A program made the translations under genes and the position numbers. The notes below the pieces were generated by a model. That model saw nothing but the letters and a program-made list of their open reading frames with translations. It was not told where the DNA came from and did no database searches. 64,000 nt of DNA from a virus (Duplodnaviria > Caudoviricetes), in IMG/VR virus record IMGVR_UViG_3300005739_000025. One strand, given 5' to 3'. Positions 1 to 8,343 of the stretch are shown piece by piece (position 1 is the stretch's first letter; each line of letters opens with the position of its first letter).

Positions 1-1
1 A

Positions 2-739
2 CTTTTAAACTATTTAGACGAATTACAAGACAGACATTTTATATTATATTTTGTTGCTCAGGTTTTTGATCCAACAGGTGTTTTATCTTATCCTGACTTT
101 AGACGCTCAATTAGAAATTTTGAAACAGAGCAGAGTAATTGGAACGCTGGAATGGTGTTTGTATCATTTTTAGCGGCGTTGCCTGGATTAGGTATGGGTG
201 CGAGACTTATTAAAGATATTATATTATTCCCGTTAAAAATGTTAGGTAGTAGTAGTAAAGTTGCGAGATTTGCATTATCTAAAATTACAAGATTTTTTTC
301 TAGATCATCTAAACTTAAAGTGGAAATGTCTAAAGTGTTAGCAAAAATGTTTGATAAAGATAATGTAGGTAGAGATACAAAAGTATTTTATAATGCTCTA
401 CAGAGATTGGGCATTAAAGTTGATAAAGAAGCAATAGCAGAGGCTGCGGTAAAAACTGGTGTAAAAGTAGATGAAAAATATTTAAGAAAAATATCTAACG
501 ACCCATCGTTTATAAGTAAAATTATGAAAATAGTAGCAGCTAAAGGCGCGGGGTTAACTAAGAGAGGCGCTAGAACTGCTACAGCCGGAACCACTGCTTA
601 TACATCTTTATCTGATCAAGCTGGTAAAAATTTATTTGATATATTTAAGAGTATACCCAGAACCAGAACAGACGCAGTAAGAGGCGGGGGTATAAATTAT
701 ATAGGTAGAATAGGTGCAACAACACCCCCTAAGTTTTAA
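2..739 (+). CDS. 5'-truncated hypothetical protein (frame is open from the window edge)
   Basis: The frame of the 152..739 ORF has no stop from position 2 (LLNYLDELQDRHFILYFVAQVFDPTGVLSYPD...). It has a hydrophobic segment FVSFLAALPGLGMG followed by a basic region. Confidence 0.7.
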   Translation, partial: LLNYLDELQDRHFILYFVAQVFDPTGVLSYPDFRRSIRNFETEQSNWNAGMVFVSFLAALPGLGMGARLIKDIILFPLKMLGSSSKVARFALSKITRFFSRSSKLKVEMSKVLAKMFDKDNVGRDTKVFYNALQRLGIKVDKEAIAEAAVKTGVKVDEKYLRKISNDPSFISKIMKIVAAKGAGLTKRGARTATAGTTAYTSLSDQAGKNLFDIFKSIPRTRTDAVRGGGINYIGRIGATTPPKF

Positions 740-1114
740 TTACTCAGTAATAAAAATTTTTCTAAGAACTGATTTGACCATTTCGTCAAACGACTCTTTC
801 AAGCCTTTTTTCTTCTTAGATTTTTTCTTACCACCCTCTTGGTCTTCACCTTTAGCACCTGCAATGATATCACCTCTTGTTACTTTATCATAAGGTGGAT
901 AATTGTTTGCTAAGTTACCATCGTTGGATTCGTTAACCTTTTTCTTACTTTTACCTGCTTTTGAATAAGCAATTGCTGCAGCTTGTTTAGTAGCTGCTTT
1001 TTTTGACTTAGGTTTTGAACCCTTACCAACTTTACCAGTTTTTTTGTACTTTTTCATTTCTGTTTCTATATTTTTTGAAATAGTTTTTTTTGATTTTCCT
1101 TTTTTGAGTGGCAT
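740..1114 (-). CDS. Lys-rich basic late protein (MPLKKGKSKKTISKNI...), candidate internal head protein
   Basis: Start reassigned from 1132 to ATG 1114 because a TAAATA box lies 8 nt upstream. Highly basic, with internal VNE|S and LKE|S Glu sites. Confidence 0.6.
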   Translation of the reverse strand: MPLKKGKSKKTISKNIETEMKKYKKTGKVGKGSKPKSKKAATKQAAAIAYSKAGKSKKKVNESNDGNLANNYPPYDKVTRGDIIAGAKGEDQEGGKKKSKKKKGLKESFDEMVKSVLRKIFITE

Positions 1115-1122
1115 AACATATA

Positions 1123-1128
1123 TATTTA
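1123..1128 (-). promoter_or_regulatory. late promoter core TAAATA
   Basis: CTAAATA-8 nt-ATG(1114) on the minus strand. Confidence 0.6.
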
Positions 1129-1587
1129 GCACTTTTTAAAGCATTTTCTATATAAATTTAACAAATCTTCATCAGTAAATTTCATTTGTCTTAGAAAAGT
1201 TTCAATAAATCCTAAATCTTTAGAATTTAAAACTTGAATAACATCCGGGTCATCTTTCTTTTTTCCTAACTCTATCATTTTTTCTAAAATACCTTTTTTT
1301 AACAGAGTTAATTTTGAGTAGTTTGCACTTGTAACTTCTTGTGGTTGTTCATCTTCTACGGTTTCTATATTTGTTTTATTTACTGTTTGCACCGGATCAT
1401 AACCCGGTGGTATATTTACAATAAAGACCTTTAACTCATTACCAATATTTTCATGAAGTATATAACCCTCAAAATTAGGACTATTATAAAATCCTAATTT
1501 TTCAGCCCATAATGGATCAACCTTTATTCTTATCTTCTGTAACTTTTTATTTTCTAAAACATTTTTACAGATATTTAAAAATTTCAT
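1126..1587 (-). CDS. hypothetical late protein with capsid-targeting-like leader (MKFLNICKNVLE)
   Basis: ORF with ATAAATA 5 nt upstream. Confidence 0.55.
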   Translation of the reverse strand: MKFLNICKNVLENKKLQKIRIKVDPLWAEKLGFYNSPNFEGYILHENIGNELKVFIVNIPPGYDPVQTVNKTNIETVEDEQPQEVTSANYSKLTLLKKGILEKMIELGKKKDDPDVIQVLNSKDLGFIETFLRQMKFTDEDLLNLYRKCFKKC

Positions 1588-1592
1588 AATAT

Positions 1593-1626
1593 TATTTATT
1601 GAATTTTAGTGATTGAATATTATATT
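1593..1626. promoter_or_regulatory. divergent promoters: minus-strand late TAAATA (1593-1598) and plus-strand TTGAAT-N16-TATATT (1599-1626)
   Basis: Motifs read directly; they lie 5 nt and 7 nt from their respective ATGs. Confidence 0.55.
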
Positions 1627-1633
1627 ATAGTAT

Positions 1634-2284
1634 ATGAGTAAAAAGAAACTTCAGCATGCTAATCACAATATAGTTCATACATCAGAAGAAATAGAAGAGT
1701 TAATAACCAAAGGAGCCAAAGCATACGAAAATTATTTAGACGCTTTAGGGTTCGACTGGCGTAATGATCCTAATAGTGCGGATACCCCACATAGGGTAGC
1801 TAAAGCGTTTGTAACAGATCTGGCTATGGGTTGTTATACTGAACCACCAAAAGTGACGGCATTTGATAATGTTGATAGTTATGATGGCATGGTTTGCCAG
1901 AACAATATTAAGGTTGTTTCTTTATGCTCTCATCACCATGCACCTTTTATGGGTGTTGCTCATGTTGCTTATATCCCCTCTAAAAGTGGTAAAGTTATCG
2001 GACTATCGAAACTTAATCGAATTGTTGATTGGTTTGCCCGTCGTCCACAAGTTCAAGAAAATCTCACAATGCAGATTCATCAATATATTGATCAGGTTTG
2101 TGAGAAAAATAATGGGGTTGCAGTACTTATCGAAGCCAATCACACCTGCTGCTCTAATAGAGGTATTAAACATGATTCTACTATGAGAACAGCTAGAATG
2201 TCTGGTTCTTTTTTAGATAATAAAGATCAATCTAGAGCTGAGTTTTATAAGTTTGTAGAGTTTGCTCAAACCTGTAAGGGTTAA
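1634..2284 (+). CDS. folE: GTP cyclohydrolase I (FolE)
   Basis: Motifs [19 protein letters not shown] (Zn Cys/His), [20 protein letters not shown] and [11 protein letters not shown]. Confidence 0.95.
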   Translation: MSKKKLQHANHNIVHTSEEIEELITKGAKAYENYLDALGFDWRNDPNSADTPHRVAKAFVTDLAMGCYTEPPKVTAFDNVDSYDGMVCQNNIKVVSLCSHHHAPFMGVAHVAYIPSKSGKVIGLSKLNRIVDWFARRPQVQENLTMQIHQYIDQVCEKNNGVAVLIEANHTCCSNRGIKHDSTMRTARMSGSFLDNKDQSRAEFYKFVEFAQTCKG

Positions 2285-2694
2285 TCCTTCTTGGTAATAT
2301 CTACTAAACCACCGTGTGCCTTTATAAAAGGTGCACCCAATAGAACTTTATAATTATTATCTGATCTGTCAGTAACAGAGAACGGTACGTTTTTATACAA
2401 CTTACCATTTACTATACAATCGGTTTGTATTACAGGTCTATCATCTATGTTACCCCCACCAATGTGAATTTTTATAACTTCAATAACAGGGAGAGTAACC
2501 TTTTTACCGTTTTCTAATTTAAAAGTTACTTCGTTCTTATTAATTTTTACTTCTGTTCCATGTAAGACGTTGTGCGCTTCATTGCCCGTATCAGTTTTAG
2601 CTTTAAATCTACCCAAATTAGGAATTTCTATATCTTCTATTAATCCGAGTGAGTTTTCAGTTATAATTGAGTTAGCTAAACAATGAAAATTCAT
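2281..2694 (-). CDS. retropepsin-like (RimK-associated type) putative aspartic protease
   Basis: KAKTDTGN resembles the AKIDTGA family motif; RPVI, and [15 protein letters not shown] resembles the L.DR..M.YP.LLGR motif. Confidence 0.7.
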   Translation of the reverse strand: MNFHCLANSIITENSLGLIEDIEIPNLGRFKAKTDTGNEAHNVLHGTEVKINKNEVTFKLENGKKVTLPVIEVIKIHIGGGNIDDRPVIQTDCIVNGKLYKNVPFSVTDRSDNNYKVLLGAPFIKAHGGLVDITKKD

Positions 2695-2699
2695 ATATT

Positions 2700-2711
2700 T
2701 ATTTATAAATA
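2700..2711. promoter_or_regulatory. palindromic bidirectional late promoter TATTTATAAATA
   Basis: Perfect 12-bp palindrome giving TAAATA on each strand, exactly 5 nt from ATG 2694(-) and ATG 2717(+). Confidence 0.75.
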
Positions 2712-2716
2712 ACTAT

Positions 2717-3253
2717 ATGGGTAAAAAGACCGATTTAATTAATATATACGAAACATATAAAAATGAAGTAGTGGAAGAACTCAATATTGGTGTACCTCAA
2801 GGAGGCCCCGCTTTACACCCTACATTAGACGCTCAACCAACCAACGATCATATGGTTGGAATTAAGATAAAAGACGAAGATAGCGAACATCTTCCTTGTA
2901 ACGAACCACAAGAAGATAATAATACTGGGATGGCAAAGAGTGAAACTTTTAGCATCCTTAAAAACGCAAATGATTTAATGAATCTATTACAAACGGTTCA
3001 AAAAGTAGAGCCATGGCAGCTAAGTAAATTAGTAAAAGCAAACGATTATATTACATCATTAAAAAATTCGTTAGAATATGATGAGTTTGAAAAATGTCAA
3101 AAAGATATGCAGACAGGTATGAATGACATAGCTAACGGAATGGTGGTTGTATCTAAGATTAAAGATATGTTAACAGGCGAGGATATGGGTGTTAACGAAG
3201 AAGTGTTAAAACAAGTAATCTTTAATATTGAGTGTCTAAAAGAAAATAATTAA
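2717..3253 (+). CDS. hypothetical late protein, candidate internal head protein
   Basis: Leader ...INIYETYKNEVVEE. The EPWQLSKLVKANDYI segment resembles a motif I recall from T4-like environmental phage head proteins. Confidence 0.5.
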   Translation: MGKKTDLINIYETYKNEVVEELNIGVPQGGPALHPTLDAQPTNDHMVGIKIKDEDSEHLPCNEPQEDNNTGMAKSETFSILKNANDLMNLLQTVQKVEPWQLSKLVKANDYITSLKNSLEYDEFEKCQKDMQTGMNDIANGMVVVSKIKDMLTGEDMGVNEEVLKQVIFNIECLKENN

Positions 3254-3741
3254 TCCTTTTTCTCTTCTTTTTCTTCTTGTGGAACTTCTGTATCCACGTA
3301 CTCCTTCATTATATTATCAATAAACTTTAAAACTTTACGAGCCTTTTTGGGTGGTATTTCTAATTCACCCAAATCTTCATCTAGGTTTTGATAATTATAA
3401 CGGTTAATAACGTTTACTAAATTTTCTTCAACCGCGGTAGCACTGTCTTCATCCAAACCTTTAAGATATTTGATTACTTTAAGTCTATCGTCATCGTCTA
3501 GATCTACTAAAAGAGCTTTAGCTATCATTCCAATTAAAAATGCATCTGATGAACTTCTTGTAGCGGGTGTTTCGACAGGTTGTTCTGTCTCTACAGAAGC
3601 AGGAGCCGGTGCAGCAGGTGGCATAGCTGGAACTGGAGCTGGAGCTGCGGCTAAACCCGCAGCAGGTTCACCATAAGGTGGAACTTGTTCTGTTAAAACA
3701 TACTTATAAGCTCTATTAAGCTCTTTAATAAAATTACTCAT
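3250..3741 (-). CDS. hypothetical late protein with Ala/Pro linker
   Basis: CTAAATA 5 nt upstream (3747-3752); leader MSNFIKELNRAYKYVLTE. Confidence 0.55.
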   Translation of the reverse strand: MSNFIKELNRAYKYVLTEQVPPYGEPAAGLAAAPAPVPAMPPAAPAPASVETEQPVETPATRSSSDAFLIGMIAKALLVDLDDDDRLKVIKYLKGLDEDSATAVEENLVNVINRYNYQNLDEDLGELEIPPKKARKVLKFIDNIMKEYVDTEVPQEEKEEKKD

Positions 3742-3749
3742 AATATTAT

Positions 3750-4250
3750 TTAGGTAGATATGTACTTTAAATTTTTAACATCTTCTAAAGTCTTTATTAA
3801 ACTATAATATTCTTCTTTATTAACGTACTTTCTTAACTTAGTAGTATCTCTATCTTTTAAGTAAAAGCTACTTATCTTTTCATTTAAGCCTGTAAATTCC
3901 CCGTTTTGTTTTATAAAAATGCTATCGTTTTGAACCATAATAAGAGGAATAGGTAACAGCCTTTTTAAATGTTTAAAAACTAACAAAAAGTTTTTTAAGT
4001 ATTTTTTTGAAGTAATATTCGATAAACTATCAGTGAAAACTACATAGACGGGCCTATTTTTTAACGTTTTATTTTTGCTTAAAGTTAGTATTTGCTCTAC
4101 AAAAAAGTGTAAAATTAATTTTTTGAGGTCTTTCTCTCTTAAGTCAGTTGGATTTAATCCCAAATTAAGTATATCAGCAAAAATATTAGTAGAAAATGAA
4201 GAGCAATCATAATAGACTATATTATGATTTTTAGCAGAATACTTTTTCAC
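3750..4250 (-). CDS. hypothetical protein, weakly reminiscent of a degenerate T4 RNase H N-terminal domain
   Basis: Start placed at GTG 4250, 6 nt below TTGTTA-N16-TATAAT. LKKLILHFFVEQIL...VYVVFTD pattern without the full acidic catalytic set. Confidence 0.3.
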   Translation of the reverse strand: MKKYSAKNHNIVYYDCSSFSTNIFADILNLGLNPTDLREKDLKKLILHFFVEQILTLSKNKTLKNRPVYVVFTDSLSNITSKKYLKNFLLVFKHLKRLLPIPLIMVQNDSIFIKQNGEFTGLNEKISSFYLKDRDTTKLRKYVNKEEYYSLIKTLEDVKNLKYIST

Positions 4251-4270
4251 CAACTAATTATATAATAATT

Positions 4271-4687
4271 TTACTCTTTAACAAGATTTTTTGGCGGCTT
4301 ACCAATTCTAACGTTAATTATACCGTTATAGTAGTTTTCATTTAATAAAACATCTCTACTTATTTGTTCTTTAATTTCCTCGTAGCTTAATTCCCATTTA
4401 GAACCACAAGTCTTTAATATTAAAAACTCAAAATTGTCTTTGCCGCACTTCTTAATGTCTTCATTTAAGTCATTTGAAGAGCCTGTATAAAATTTCCAGT
4501 CTGATTCTTTACTATCAATTCTATTTCTAAGTTTACCCTTTAAGGGTTTTCTTTTAATTTTACGTCTGCACTGTTTTTTACCGATGTAGGTTTTATTATT
4601 TGTAAGATTTTTTATACTGTAAATAAAACCAAAGCAGTCTTCGGTGAAGTCTAACCCATCTTTAATTTTCCAGTGCCCTAAGTCCAC
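4271..4687 (-). CDS. free-standing GIY-YIG family endonuclease-like protein
   Basis: GFIYSIKNLTNNKTYIGKK motif, ESDWKFYTGSS, and C-terminal YYN. Confidence 0.8.
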   Translation of the reverse strand: MDLGHWKIKDGLDFTEDCFGFIYSIKNLTNNKTYIGKKQCRRKIKRKPLKGKLRNRIDSKESDWKFYTGSSNDLNEDIKKCGKDNFEFLILKTCGSKWELSYEEIKEQISRDVLLNENYYNGIINVRIGKPPKNLVKE

Positions 4688-4695
4688 TAGATTAA

Positions 4696-4914
4696 TTATT
4701 TTTCCTTTTTATTTTTTCTACTCTTCTTCTTTTTGCCTCTCCAAGCATCATTTCTAGAATAAATTCCCAATACATGAGGAACTCTTGAATCCCCAGAAGC
4801 GTAAAAATCTGTATTACCTACTTCACCACCATGCCCGAATGAACCGCCAGTTCCAAAAACACCTCCAGCACCTGCAGCGTTCATTTCATGTATGTAGGAC
4901 TTAAAACTCTTCAT
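4696..4914 (-). CDS. small late protein with T4 IP-like capsid-targeting leader MKSFKSYIHE
   Basis: The leader parallels T4 IPIII MKTYQEFIAE; TAAATA lies 8 nt upstream; Gly-rich body with a basic tail. Confidence 0.6.
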   Translation of the reverse strand: MKSFKSYIHEMNAAGAGGVFGTGGSFGHGGEVGNTDFYASGDSRVPHVLGIYSRNDAWRGKKKKSRKNKKEK

Positions 4915-4917
4915 ATA

Positions 4918-4945
4918 TTGATTATTTAATAAATTATACTATACT
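4918..4945 (+). promoter_or_regulatory. sigma70-like promoter TTGATT-N16-TATACT overlapping a minus-strand late TAAATA (4923-4928)
   Basis: Motif read directly, 9 nt before the uvsY ATG. Confidence 0.6.
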
Positions 4946-4954
4946 TTGTAATAT

Positions 4955-5347
4955 ATGTTGTTAGAAAACTATATAAAAGAAATTAAAGAGGATACTATAG
5001 TTAATGAGTTAAACTTAAAAGAAAAATCTCTATCTTTACCAGCGTTAAAAGCCAAATGGGTTGCAAGATTAATCAACCATAAAAATACTCTAAACGAGCT
5101 AGAAAAAAAGAAACGAATTTTAGTAAAAAGATTATTACCACAGGTAAAGGAATCTCTTCCTGTTAAACTTTCTGATAATCTAATTAAAGATGCTGCCGAA
5201 GATACTAAAGAAGTAGCTGAAATATCAGAAAAGATAAACGAACAGAAACAAATTATAGAATTTTTGGAAAGAACAGAAAAAGTAATGACGTCTTTTACCT
5301 ATGATATAGGTAATATTGTCAAAGTGATTCAACTAGAGACGTTATGA
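4955..5347 (+). CDS. uvsY: recombination mediator UvsY-like
   Basis: SLPALKAKWV...IEFLERTEKV..FTYDIGNIVKVIQLE coiled pattern; lies immediately upstream of uvsW. Confidence 0.75.
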   Translation: MLLENYIKEIKEDTIVNELNLKEKSLSLPALKAKWVARLINHKNTLNELEKKKRILVKRLLPQVKESLPVKLSDNLIKDAAEDTKEVAEISEKINEQKQIIEFLERTEKVMTSFTYDIGNIVKVIQLETL

Positions 5348-6798
5348 TAGAGTTAGATTACTGTAATACTAAGAATAAAGGTATCATTAAAGGTCCTTTA
5401 ATGAAAGAAATAAGAGAGTATTTCTCTGAAAAAAATGAAGCCGCTAAATTTTTAAGACATAGATTTAAATTTATACCACAAAGAAAATATGTTATAACAC
5501 CTACAGGTAGATTTAATGTCGGTTTAACATATGAGATTATTAGCTTTCTCAAAAACACATACCCACAAGAGAAATTTAACGTTACAAAAGACTTATTAAA
5601 TGTATCTACACCCAACTCGTGGTATGAATATTTTAAAAATAATTTGGATATCTTAAAATTAAACTTAAATCTTTACGATTATCAAGAAGATATAGTTAAA
5701 AGATGTTTAGTTTCTGGTCGTGGTACTATAGTTTTGGCAACTGCTGGTGGTAAGACTTTAATTACCTCATCGTTGATCAATCATGCGAGAAACACTCTCT
5801 ATAAAGATAAAAAATCCTTTAGATGTTTTGTTATTGTACCTTCTCTTTCACTAGTTGAGCAAACAATAGATAAATTTAATGAGTACGGGGTCAATTTTAC
5901 GTACTCAAAATGGACAGGCAACAATCAATTAAACTTAGGTACAGATGTTGTAGTGTGTAATTTAGGCATTTTACAAAGTAAAAACACAGACATAACCATA
6001 TTACAAAATATTGACCTACTTATTGTAGATGAAGTACACATGCTTAGACAGAGTAATAATTTTAATAAAATTATTGATGTTGTGGAAACACCTCACAAGT
6101 TTGGATTTACTGGCACGTTACCAGAATCTAATGTAGATAAATGGAATATTGTAGGTAGGGTTGGTCCATTGCTTTACGAGCGTAAGGGTTATGAGCTTAG
6201 AAAAAATAATTTCGTATCTAATGCACAAGTTTCTATCTTAGAGCTAAACTACAAAACAAGACCACCACAATCTCATAGCGTTATTGATAAGTATAGATCT
6301 GAATTAGAATTCTTAATTTTTAGCGAATACCGTAACAAAGTAATAAGTAAAGTATGCGACAACGCTAAAAATAATATCTTAATAATGGTAGATTATATTA
6401 GACATGGTGAAAAAATTTACAACATTCTTAAAGAAAATTTATCTGAAAGTAAAGAAATCTACTTTATTCAGGGCTCAGTTGATACTGATGTTAGAGAGAA
6501 AATTAGAAAAAAGATGGAATACAAAGATAATGTTGTGTGTATTGCCATATCAAAAATATTTTCAACAGGTATTGATATCAAGAATTTACATTATATAATT
6601 TTTGCAGGAGGTGGAAAAGCTAAAATAAAAATTTTACAAAGTATTGGACGTGGGTTGAGATTACATAAAAATAAAAACGTTTTTAGTATTATCGATATAC
6701 AAGATCAACTCCATTACAGCATTAACCACGGTAAAAAAAGAATAGAATTTTATGTACAAGAAAAAATCCCTTACCAAAAAACAACCCTCTCAGAGTAA
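5344..6798 (+). CDS. uvsW: SF2 DNA helicase UvsW
   Basis: LYDYQ, ATAGGKT, VDEVH, GFTGT, FSTGIDI and QSIGRGLR helicase motifs. Confidence 0.93.
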   Translation: MIELDYCNTKNKGIIKGPLMKEIREYFSEKNEAAKFLRHRFKFIPQRKYVITPTGRFNVGLTYEIISFLKNTYPQEKFNVTKDLLNVSTPNSWYEYFKNNLDILKLNLNLYDYQEDIVKRCLVSGRGTIVLATAGGKTLITSSLINHARNTLYKDKKSFRCFVIVPSLSLVEQTIDKFNEYGVNFTYSKWTGNNQLNLGTDVVVCNLGILQSKNTDITILQNIDLLIVDEVHMLRQSNNFNKIIDVVETPHKFGFTGTLPESNVDKWNIVGRVGPLLYERKGYELRKNNFVSNAQVSILELNYKTRPPQSHSVIDKYRSELEFLIFSEYRNKVISKVCDNAKNNILIMVDYIRHGEKIYNILKENLSESKEIYFIQGSVDTDVREKIRKKMEYKDNVVCIAISKIFSTGIDIKNLHYIIFAGGGKAKIKILQSIGRGLRLHKNKNVFSIIDIQDQLHYSINHGKKRIEFYVQEKIPYQKTTLSE

Positions 6799-7300
6799 AA
6801 AGTTAGACTCTGCTCCAGTGGTTGCTGAAGTTGCCGTTACTAAACGTAAGAAGAAAAAATCTGTATCAGATAAAGACCATTACGTTAATGGTAGAGAATT
6901 TGAAGATGCAATTAAGGGTTATTATTCTTCCGATAAAATTACAGCTTATCTAGGCGAAAGTTTGAGAAAAATAGCTGTCGGATTATCTTATGCTCCAAAC
7001 TTTATTAACTATTCCTTTAAAGACGACATGATCGGGGACGCAGTATTAAAAATGTATCAAGCATTAAAGCATAAAAAATTTAAATTAGATCATGGTTTTT
7101 CACCGTTTAGCTATTTCACAACCATTGCATTTCATGCATTTATATCTAGAATTAAAAAAGAGAAAAAGCACCATCAAGTTATAGAAGATTATAAAGAGAG
7201 ACAATATAATCTATTAATTAACTCTGATGAAGATATGAGATCTCATAGAGTTTATACTAAACCTAGCAATGTCGATCACGACATATATAATGAAGATTAA
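6752..7300 (+). CDS. gp55: late-transcription sigma factor gp55
   Basis: HYVNGREF, PNFINYSFKDDMIGDA and SPFSYFTTIAFHAFISRIKKEKK match the gp55 pattern; sits between uvsW and gp47. Confidence 0.88.
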   Translation: MYKKKSLTKKQPSQSKKLDSAPVVAEVAVTKRKKKKSVSDKDHYVNGREFEDAIKGYYSSDKITAYLGESLRKIAVGLSYAPNFINYSFKDDMIGDAVLKMYQALKHKKFKLDHGFSPFSYFTTIAFHAFISRIKKEKKHHQVIEDYKERQYNLLINSDEDMRSHRVYTKPSNVDHDIYNED

Positions 7301-8343
7301 TGAGTAATGCTAAATGGGCAGTCTTTACAGATCTGCACCTAGGGGTACATCAAAATAGCTCAGTATGGCATAAAATTGCTTTGGATTGGGTTGATTGGTT
7401 TGTAGCAGATTTAAAAGAAAAGAATATAAACCAAATTATATTCACTGGAGACTTTTTTCATTCTCGTTCTGAGATATCCGTTAATACTATACACGTAGCG
7501 GCAGAATTTTTAAGTAAGCTTAAAGGTTTTGATATAAAGATGGTTGTTGGTAACCACGACAGCTACTATAAACAAAAAGCAGAAGTACATTCCCTTTCTA
7601 TTCTATCTGGTTATTCCAATATAGAAATATTTGATAAAGTTTCTGTTATAGATATTAACGGTAAAAAGGCGACCTTCTGTCCTTGGGGGTTCGACTATGG
7701 TGATGTTAAGGATTGTGATATAATCTTTGGACACTTTGAGATTGAATCATTTAAGATGAATGCTCATAAGTTGTGTGAAGAAGGTTATAAACCTAAAGAT
7801 CTCTTAAAGAAAGCACCTTTAATATTCTCTGGCCACTTTCACTTAAACGAAGAGCGTGAATATGAAGAAGGTAAAATCATTTACGTTGGTAGTCCTTTCC
7901 AACTAGATTTCGGTGAAAGAGATTGTAATAAAGGTTATTATATTATTGACTTTAAAGATCTTTCCTACAATTATTTTACTAATAACAAAACACCAATACA
8001 TAAAAAACTATTAGTTTCTGAAATTATAAACGGGGAAGAGCTTAAAGAAGAATATAAAGAACTGATTAAAAATAACTTTGTAAAGATTGTTATAGATACA
8101 AATATTGAACAAAAAATCTTAGACAATATAATACATCTATGCAACAGTTATTCACCCTTGTCTCTCACTGTTGATCCCTTAGTAAACTATAATCTAACAA
8201 ATGATCAAGAAGGTACAGATCTTTCCGGTGTAGACATATCCAAAGCGATAGTAGAGTTTGTTAATCTTCTCGATATTAAAGAGAAAGAAGAAGTAACAAA
8301 ACATACATTATACCTTTACAACCAAGCATTAAAGCATGACTAA
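7300..8343 (+). CDS. gp47: Mre11/SbcD-like recombination nuclease gp47
   Basis: TDLHLG, GDFFH, GNHD, GHFE and SGHFH metallophosphoesterase motifs. Confidence 0.92.
   Translation: MSNAKWAVFTDLHLGVHQNSSVWHKIALDWVDWFVADLKEKNINQIIFTGDFFHSRSEISVNTIHVAAEFLSKLKGFDIKMVVGNHDSYYKQKAEVHSLSILSGYSNIEIFDKVSVIDINGKKATFCPWGFDYGDVKDCDIIFGHFEIESFKMNAHKLCEEGYKPKDLLKKAPLIFSGHFHLNEEREYEEGKIIYVGSPFQLDFGERDCNKGYYIIDFKDLSYNYFTNNKTPIHKKLLVSEIINGEELKEEYKELIKNNFVKIVIDTNIEQKILDNIIHLCNSYSPLSLTVDPLVNYNLTNDQEGTDLSGVDISKAIVEFVNLLDIKEKEEVTKHTLYLYNQALKHD

Noticed and set aside
1115-1132. ORF-track starts at 1132, 4253, 26793, 54740 and 60377
   Set aside because: The extensions run through promoter boxes or the upstream gene. 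Starts at 1114, 4250, 26841, 54743 and 60410 fit the promoter spacing or stop-start coupling better.
4271-4687. GIY-YIG gene as part of a mobile intron
   Set aside because: It is free-standing with tight intergenic gaps, interrupts no gene, and leaves no room for a group I intron core.
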